DNA of 64,000 bases. Origin: a bacterium (GTDB taxonomy: Bacteria; Patescibacteriota; Patescibacteriia; UBA2196). A program made the position numbers and the translations under genes. The notes beneath the pieces were generated by a model. It ran no database searches and was not told the origin of the DNA. It saw nothing but the letters and a program-made list of their open reading frames with translations. Of the stretch, positions 58,103 through 64,000 are shown piece after piece (position 1 is the first letter of the stretch; each line of letters opens with the position of its first letter). The DNA is taken from assembly GCA_035387885.1 (NCBI GenBank), contig DAOOOW010000001.1, positions 43,392 to 107,391 of the forward strand, given 5' to 3'.

Positions 58103-60355
58103 ATGAAACATGAAAAACAAGTTTTTTCCGCGGAAATTGGCGGAAAAAGTTTAATTATTGAAACAGGAAAATTGGCCCAACAAACTAATGCCTCTTGCAC
58201 CATCCAATATGGTGACACAGTGGTTTTGGCCACTGCCTGTATGTCAAAAAAAATCCGTGAAGGCATGGATTTTTTTCCTTTATTGGTAGATTTTGATGAA
58301 AAACTTTACGCCGCAGGAAAAATTAAAGGTTCGAGATTTATTAAAAGAGAAGGCAAGGCATCTGATGAAGCAATTTTATCCGGTCGTTTAGTAGATCGTT
58401 CTATCAGACCACTTTTTTCTGAAACAATGAGAAATGATGTGCAAGTGGTTTTAAGCGTTTTGTCTTTTGACTCTGAAAATGATCCAGATGTTATAGGATT
58501 AAATGCCGCATCCATGGCTTTATTTATGTCAGATATTCCTTGGGCTGGACCAGTGGCAGCTGTTAGAGTCGGGATGATTGAATCTTCAACAGAGGCTGGA
58601 AAATATGAAATGGTTTTAAATCCTAGTTATGAAGCTAGAAAAAAATCGGTTTTAGATTTGGTGGTAGCTGGTACAAAAGATGAAATTGTCATGCTCGAAG
58701 CTGGAGCTAATATTATTTCCGATACTCAGATGCAAGAAGCAATAGAATTTGGACATAAACATTTGAAAAAAATAATTGATTTAATGGAGAGTATCAGAGC
58801 TAAAATTGGTTTAGCTAAAATAAATTTAGAATTAGAAATAGAAAAAACTGCTGAAGAATTAGCTTCAATCGCTAAATTAGAAGAGAAAGTTAGCGCTTTG
58901 GTAAAAGCTAAAATTGAAGAAATTTTTAGTTCTAAATCCAAAGATGAATATCATAATAATATTGATAAATTATATTTGCATACAGAAGAAACTTTAAAGG
59001 CAGATAATGATGTTTCTAAAGAAGAAAAAATAGTTGGTTTAAAAATGATTGAAAAGTTTTTAGATATTCACGCCAGAAAATTAGTTTTAGAAAAAAATAT
59101 TCGTGTTGATGGCCGAGCCATTGATGAAATTAGACCTTTAACTGCGGAAGTTGGAGTCTTACCACGAATTCATGGTTCTGGTTTATTTCAAAGAGGTGAA
59201 ACACAGGTTTTATCAGTTGTTACTCTTGGCGCGCCATCTGATGAACAGACGTTGGATACTATGGAAGAATCTAGTAAGAAACGCTATATGCATCATTATA
59301 ATTTTCCTAATTTTTCAGTAGGTGAAATTGGCCCAATGAGAGGGCCAGGTAGAAGAGAAATTGGACATGGGGCACTCGCAGAAAAAGCTTTAGTGCCGGT
59401 GATTCCAGAAAAAGAAGTTTTTCCATACACCATTCGAGTTGTTTCAGAAGTTTTAGGATCAAATGGCTCATCTTCCCAAGCTTCCATTTGCGGTTCTTCT
59501 TTGTCCTTAATGGATGCTGGGGTGCCAATTAAAGATACGGTAGCGGGTATTGCTATGGGCATGATGAGTGATTATAATAATAAAAATAATTATAAAATTT
59601 TAACAGATATTCAAGGAGTGGAAGATCATTCAGGGGACATGGATTTTAAAATTGCTGGCACAAAAGATGGAATTACCGCTTTGCAATTAGATATTAAACT
59701 TGGGGGTATTGGCTTAAATATTGTTAAAGAAACTTTGGCTAGAGCTTACGAAGCCAGATTAAAAATTTTAGAAGTTATGAAGAGCGCCATTGCCGAACCA
59801 AGAGCAGATTTATCTCCTTACGCGCCAAGAATTTATACTTTACAAATTAATCCAGATAAAATTCGTGATGTGATTGGCCCAGGTGGTAAAGTGATTAACG
59901 AAATTATTGATACCACTGGCGTAGCCATTGATATTGAAGATTCTGGTTTGGTGTTTATTACTGCGCCTAATGGCGCCTCAGCTGAAAGAGCTATGGAATG
60001 GGTGAAAAATTTAACTCGCGAAGTGCAACCGGGTGAATTCTTCACTGGTAAAGTTACTAGGCTGATGACTTTTGGAGCTTTTGTAGAAGTTTTACCAAAA
60101 CAAGAAGGTTTGGTGCATATTTCTGAAATGGCTCCATTTAGAGTTGACCGAGTTGAAGATGTGGTTAATGTGGGTGATTCAATTCCAGTTATTGTTAAAG
60201 AAATTGATGATCAAGGCCGAATAAATTTAACTATGATTGGCACAGATTTTGATTTTTCTAAGATTAAACAGTCAGCTCCGTCAGATCCACACCATGGAGG
60301 ATTTAATAGAGGGGGAAGAAGAGATGATCGAAGGGGTGGTGGATTTAGAAGGTAA
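58103..60355 (+). CDS. pnp: Polyribonucleotide nucleotidyltransferase (PNPase)
   Basis: Two RNase PH domains, KH (VIGPGGKVINEI) and S1 domains. Gly/Arg-rich C-terminal tail. Confidence 0.95.
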   Translation: MKHEKQVFSAEIGGKSLIIETGKLAQQTNASCTIQYGDTVVLATACMSKKIREGMDFFPLLVDFDEKLYAAGKIKGSRFIKREGKASDEAILSGRLVDRSIRPLFSETMRNDVQVVLSVLSFDSENDPDVIGLNAASMALFMSDIPWAGPVAAVRVGMIESSTEAGKYEMVLNPSYEARKKSVLDLVVAGTKDEIVMLEAGANIISDTQMQEAIEFGHKHLKKIIDLMESIRAKIGLAKINLELEIEKTAEELASIAKLEEKVSALVKAKIEEIFSSKSKDEYHNNIDKLYLHTEETLKADNDVSKEEKIVGLKMIEKFLDIHARKLVLEKNIRVDGRAIDEIRPLTAEVGVLPRIHGSGLFQRGETQVLSVVTLGAPSDEQTLDTMEESSKKRYMHHYNFPNFSVGEIGPMRGPGRREIGHGALAEKALVPVIPEKEVFPYTIRVVSEVLGSNGSSSQASICGSSLSLMDAGVPIKDTVAGIAMGMMSDYNNKNNYKILTDIQGVEDHSGDMDFKIAGTKDGITALQLDIKLGGIGLNIVKETLARAYEARLKILEVMKSAIAEPRADLSPYAPRIYTLQINPDKIRDVIGPGGKVINEIIDTTGVAIDIEDSGLVFITAPNGASAERAMEWVKNLTREVQPGEFFTGKVTRLMTFGAFVEVLPKQEGLVHISEMAPFRVDRVEDVVNVGDSIPVIVKEIDDQGRINLTMIGTDFDFSKIKQSAPSDPHHGGFNRGGRRDDRRGGGFRR

Positions 60356-60564
60356 AATTAAAATGTCTAATGTCTAATTAATAATGTCTAATGAATGATA
60401 AAATGTAACTCTGGCCTTTAGACCGGAATTACTGTAGGGGCGGGTTTTAAACCCGCCAATAAAAACCAGTCTGAAAGGGCTGGTTTTTGGTTGGGATTGA
60501 TTTTTTAATAAAGAGTGGTATAATAGAAACATAATTAAGGCATTAACTATTTAGCAAAAAAAAT

Positions 60565-60759
60565 ATGAAAAATTTAAACTATAATATTATTTTAAAACCA
60601 GAAAAGCAAGGCGGTTTTACTGTGGTTGTGCCATCTTTACCTGGTTGTGTAACATATGGCAGAGATTTAGCAGAAGCCAAGAAAATGGCTAAAGATGCTA
60701 TTAAAGTTTATGTGGCAAGTTTGGTTAAACACAAAGAATGCGCTTTCTGTAAAATTTAA
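60565..60759 (+). CDS. HicB-family antitoxin-like protein (UPF0150), apparently orphan
   Basis: ILKPEKQGGFTVVVPSLPGCVTYGRDLAEAKKMAKDAIKVY matches the HicB N-terminal domain. TATAAT at about 60521. No hicA seen. Confidence 0.65.
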   Translation: MKNLNYNIILKPEKQGGFTVVVPSLPGCVTYGRDLAEAKKMAKDAIKVYVASLVKHKECAFCKI

Positions 60760-61007
60760 TTAAATAGGATTTTATTCGTAGGGACAGGTTTGAAACCTGT
60801 CCTTTTGGTTTGGTTGGGTTTTTATCCTCTCCTTATAAAACAGGTACCTATTTTTGTTGGCTCCAATCTCCTGATTGGAGCCTTAGTGCTTCATTAGTGT
60901 AATTAAAATATAAAAAATATAATAAAGAGGCATTGTGTCTCCAGTCAGGAGACTGGAGACAACCAACAACGGCAAACTTTAATTTGAAAAGGCGGGGACT
61001 AATTACT

Positions 61008-61039
61008 TGTGGATAAAATTTATTAATGGTTGTGGATAA
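61008..61039. promoter_or_regulatory. Two consensus DnaA boxes (TGTGGATAA) in direct orientation
   Basis: Exact 9-mers at 61008-61016 and 61031-61039. Confidence 0.45.
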
Positions 61040-61138
61040 AACCTTACTTTTGTTATAAAACTATAACTTTAAATATGATTAATTTTGGCTTAATTTAGCA
61101 TAAAATAGCATTAAAAAAGCTAATTTTGATATAAATAC

Positions 61139-61167
61139 TTGACAAATATTTTAATCTGTGCTATAAT
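61139..61167 (+). promoter_or_regulatory. Perfect consensus sigma70 promoter (TTGACA-17-TATAAT)
   Basis: Read directly. Followed by a transcript of about 100 nt ending at terminator CCCCTGCTCTTCTCTAAGAACGCGGGGTTTTT (61243-61275). Confidence 0.6.
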
Positions 61168-61316
61168 GACTGCAGAGAATGAGAGGAGAAAAAAGTCTAG
61201 AAAGAATTAATTCTTTTAAGGCGTTGAAATTAGTTTTTAATTCCCCTGCTCTTCTCTAAGAACGCGGGGTTTTTAAATCGAAAAATATAAAAATAGTACT
61301 TTGATAATAAAAATAT

Positions 61317-61406
61317 TGCCAGTAGACTTATGCCTTAAAAACTAAGAGCGGATAAAATCTTTTGGTCTTATTTGCTCGATAACTTTAAGGCAGTAGCCTA
61401 CTGGCA
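61317..61406 (+). promoter_or_regulatory. Conserved structured leader/operator, copy 2 (inverted duplicate of 39566-39652)
   Basis: About 90 nt near-identical to the reverse complement of copy 1. Precedes the receiver-like ORF. Confidence 0.6.
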
Positions 61407-61449
61407 ATGAGGCTGGTTGGAAAAAAATAAAAAAAGAAAAGAGGAAACA

Positions 61450-62004
61450 ATGAAGGTTTTGATCGTTGAAGACCAGCTTAGGCTGGGTGGAAGAGGTGGC
61501 CGCTGGTTGGAATCAGAGGAGTTTTGCTCTCTACTCGAGCAAGCTACGGGTTATGAAATTTTTCACTGCCAGGATGTATTTTCGGCAGTGGAAATTTTAA
61601 GGAAGGAAAAAATTGATTTTGTGGTAACAGATATGGGGTTGCCACAAAAGGCAGGAGAAGAGCCTTCTCCTGTTGCGGGACTGCAGATAGTAGAAATCCT
61701 TAAGAGTGAAAAAATTCCTTTTAAGGTTTTTACAAGTGTCACTCACTGCGCACATGCTTTAACTGCTGCAGCAGAGGCTGGTCTGATAACAGCAGAATGG
61801 GCCATGTGGGTGCAAGATCACCATGTGGAAATGGAATACGCGGCTTCGGCCGAGGACGACCCACGGTTTCCTCCCAAGTTAGATAGAATCGGGGAATGGA
61901 AACACGGCGGGATGGTGATCTTCGGATGTTTCGTTGTTGGAGGAAAAAGACCTGTTTTTTTGGAGGATTTTATAAAAAAATGGGTCAAAGTAATATCAAT
62001 GTAG
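61450..62004 (+). CDS. Receiver-domain-like (CheY-like) protein with a C-terminal extension, GC-rich
   Basis: MKVLIVEDQ...GYEI....DVFSAVEIL...KIDFVVTDMGLP...GLQIVEIL......KVFTSV. Phosphoacceptor-like Asp in VVTDMGLP. About 50% GC. Confidence 0.55.
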   Translation: MKVLIVEDQLRLGGRGGRWLESEEFCSLLEQATGYEIFHCQDVFSAVEILRKEKIDFVVTDMGLPQKAGEEPSPVAGLQIVEILKSEKIPFKVFTSVTHCAHALTAAAEAGLITAEWAMWVQDHHVEMEYAASAEDDPRFPPKLDRIGEWKHGGMVIFGCFVVGGKRPVFLEDFIKKWVKVISM

Positions 62005-62360
62005 AAATCTCCCTCACTTACGCAAAGCACCGTGTAAGTGAGGGACTACTGCCCTTGCCGCAAAACAGCGCGGCAAGGGCTTTTTATTTTTTTAAAAAAT
62101 ATGTTATGCTTAAGGTATAAAATTGTTAAAATTGATTTTTAGTGATAAAATATAGCTGTAAGAAACTTAATTAAATCATTAACTTCAGCGCATCTATTTT
62201 TTTAAAAGGAAATTCAATAAAGGCTTCTGTGGTAATTAGAAAAAGCAGGGGCTTTTTATTTTTTTTAAATTTGCTATAATTAATTTGAATTATTCTATAA
62301 TCTATGATACATTAAAGTTATCAATTTTGTTAACTTTCGTGTATTATTAATTTTTAGCCT

Positions 62361-63053
62361 ATGACTCCAGAATATCTGTTAGAATTAAAAAAGAGCTTAA
62401 AAATTTCAGTTGACCAGATTTTGCGCGAGGAGGCAGAAATGATTTTTTTAGAGGCTTTAGCTAAAGACCAGCTTGGTGCCAAAGTCATTTTTTATGGCGG
62501 AACTTCCCTGCGGCTGGTGTATGGTTCACCAAGATTTTCTGAAGATATTGATTTGATTAAGATTAAACCATTTAGCTTGGCTGAATTTAAAAAATTTGCT
62601 AATAAAGTAGCCAAAAATAATTCTTGGGAATTAAGAGACCTTAGGGGTAAAAGGCAGACTTTATTTGCTTTATATTTTATTAAAGATGAAAAATTAAAAC
62701 ATCCATTTTCTATAAAAATTGAAATTCATACACCCAAAAAAAAGCCCATGATTGATGAAAAAATAGCTTTAATTAAAAGCCCAGTTTCTGTTTTAGAACC
62801 ACTACTCTTGGTGCCAAGCTTAACAAAATTAAAAGAATTAAAAATAGCGGCTTTATTAGATAGAAAAAAAGCCAGAGATATTTTTGATTTATGGTATATT
62901 GCTCAAACGCTAAGAGAAGAGTTTGTCTTGCCAAAAAAAATAACCCCATATAACAAAAGAGAGTTTAAGAATGAATTACAAGTTTTTTTGCCAACTAAAT
63001 ATTATTCAATTATTGAACAATTATATGAACAAGTTGCTAATTCAAATAAATAA
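62361..63053 (+). CDS. Nucleotidyltransferase toxin, AbiEii/AbiGii (DUF1814) family
   Basis: FYGGTSLRLVYGSPRFSEDIDL matches the AbiEii GGTAL..YG..R.SEDLD signature. Confidence 0.75.
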   Translation: MTPEYLLELKKSLKISVDQILREEAEMIFLEALAKDQLGAKVIFYGGTSLRLVYGSPRFSEDIDLIKIKPFSLAEFKKFANKVAKNNSWELRDLRGKRQTLFALYFIKDEKLKHPFSIKIEIHTPKKKPMIDEKIALIKSPVSVLEPLLLVPSLTKLKELKIAALLDRKKARDIFDLWYIAQTLREEFVLPKKITPYNKREFKNELQVFLPTKYYSIIEQLYEQVANSNK

Positions 63054-63597
63054 AATTCCTAAAAAATATTATTCATTGACTGATCTTAAAAAAGTAAGTC
63101 AGTTGGGTGGAGAGAGTTTAAAAGTAGCACTTAGCCGTTTGATAAAAAATAATTTACTTTTTAAACTAGCGCCCGCGATGTTTACTGTTGATCCATCTTT
63201 GGTTGACTGGGAAAAATTTGCCTTAGAGGCCTATGGACCGAGTTATTTATCTTGCGAGTGGATATTGGCCAAAAATGGTATTTTAAGTCAAAAAACTTAT
63301 AGTCCAACCATGGTGACATCTAAAAGAAGTAGGGTTATAAAAAATGAAAATATGGTTTTAATTTACCATCACCTCAAACCAGAATTGTTTTTTGGATATA
63401 CACTTGAGCAGGGGTTATTAGAAGCTGAACAAGAAAAAGCTTTTTTGGATTTATTGTATTTGTCTCTTCGTGGTTATGCTAAATTTGACCAAGAAGAAAT
63501 GAATTTGGATTTGCTGGATAAGATTAAATTAAAGAAATATTTAAAGAGGTTTGAAAATAAAAAAATGGAAAACATGGTGGCAAAAATTTTTAAATAA
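63025..63597 (+). CDS. AbiEi-like antitoxin/transcriptional regulator (putative)
   Basis: N-terminal wHTH-like segment YSLTDLKKVSQLGGESLKVALSRLIKNNLLFKLAPAMFTV. Overlaps the end of the AbiEii gene. Gene order is atypical (toxin first). Confidence 0.45.
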   Translation: MNKLLIQINKIPKKYYSLTDLKKVSQLGGESLKVALSRLIKNNLLFKLAPAMFTVDPSLVDWEKFALEAYGPSYLSCEWILAKNGILSQKTYSPTMVTSKRSRVIKNENMVLIYHHLKPELFFGYTLEQGLLEAEQEKAFLDLLYLSLRGYAKFDQEEMNLDLLDKIKLKKYLKRFENKKMENMVAKIFK

Positions 63598-63610
63598 GTA
63601 AATTAAACAT

Positions 63611-64000
63611 ATGCATACTGGAGAATTTTTTAAGAGAAAAAAGTTAGAACCAGAAGAAAGAGGCGAGCCTAATGAGCAGACAGAATTTTTAGATTTGTTA
63701 TCAAACAAAGAAAAAGAAGAATTATTAAGACAGCTCCAAGAAAGAGGTTTAAAAAGTATATTGAAAATCAAAACCGAAGATATAAAAATTGAATCAGTAA
63801 ATAAAAAATCCCCAGAAAAACAAGATGTCTTATACAATGAGAGTATTTTAGAAATAAATGGGACAATTAAATTAGATAATTTTTTGTTAACCGAAGGAGC
63901 GGAGGAATTTAATTGGCAGACGGTGGTTAATTGGGCAAACGCAGATCATACTGGACTTAATAAAATAGCTTTTCTTAATAAAATACATAATATTGATTTT
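63611..64000 (+). CDS. Hypothetical protein, 5' portion (runs off the window)
   Basis: Open frame from ATG 63611 to the window end. Confidence 0.35.
   Translation, partial: MHTGEFFKRKKLEPEERGEPNEQTEFLDLLSNKEKEELLRQLQERGLKSILKIKTEDIKIESVNKKSPEKQDVLYNESILEINGTIKLDNFLLTEGAEEFNWQTVVNWANADHTGLNKIAFLNKIHNIDF

Overview
The window is AT-rich (about 30% GC) and gene-dense, and reads like a genome-reduced, probably monoderm, Patescibacteria/CPR-like bacterium; this is an inference from gene content and rRNA architecture. Positions 100-4295 carry a minus-strand 23S rRNA gene that is not linked to a 16S. It is interrupted by a group I intron encoding a LAGLIDADG homing endonuclease and by several AT-rich palindromic expansion inserts. 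The rest is mostly housekeeping: rpsF-ssb-rpsR, recG, folD, glyA, rpsO-rnc, uvrA, pilT, rpmH-rnpA-yidD-yidC next to dnaA-dnaN (the likely oriC neighbourhood), apt, efp, recA, ftsK, rpmF, nusB, pnp and twelve tRNAs. Four things stand out. (1) Two, partly three, loci share a conserved structured leader of two 7-8 bp helices around an internal loop, with a compensatory substitution between copies. The leader sits in front of GC-rich, foreign-looking genes, and two of the loci are divergently paired with TrmB-family regulators. One copy drives a 330-bp array of eight unrelated perfect hairpins (39205-39531) that I could not assign to any known RNA class. (2) Several families of small palindromic or MITE-like repeats are present. 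Some are embedded in-frame inside coding genes (folD, a SAM methyltransferase, a pilin-like gene). Some sit next to tRNA genes and duplicate the tRNA 3' end. A 4xATTCGCA module occurs inside the 23S gene and also in promoter-like regions. (3) A tandem cluster of four paralogous VirB2/TrbC-like two-TM pilin-like proteins with Cys-rich variable domains, plus a fifth large paralog next to pilT. (4) GC-rich islands (14.4-17.5 kb; an OMP-like gene ending in Phe; a receiver-domain-like gene). There are also AbiEii/AbiEi and HicB toxin-antitoxin genes, a bacterial Elp3 homolog, a degenerate LAGLIDADG pseudogene beside tRNA-His, and two genes broken at G/C homopolymers. No CRISPR array, integrase or transposase was seen.
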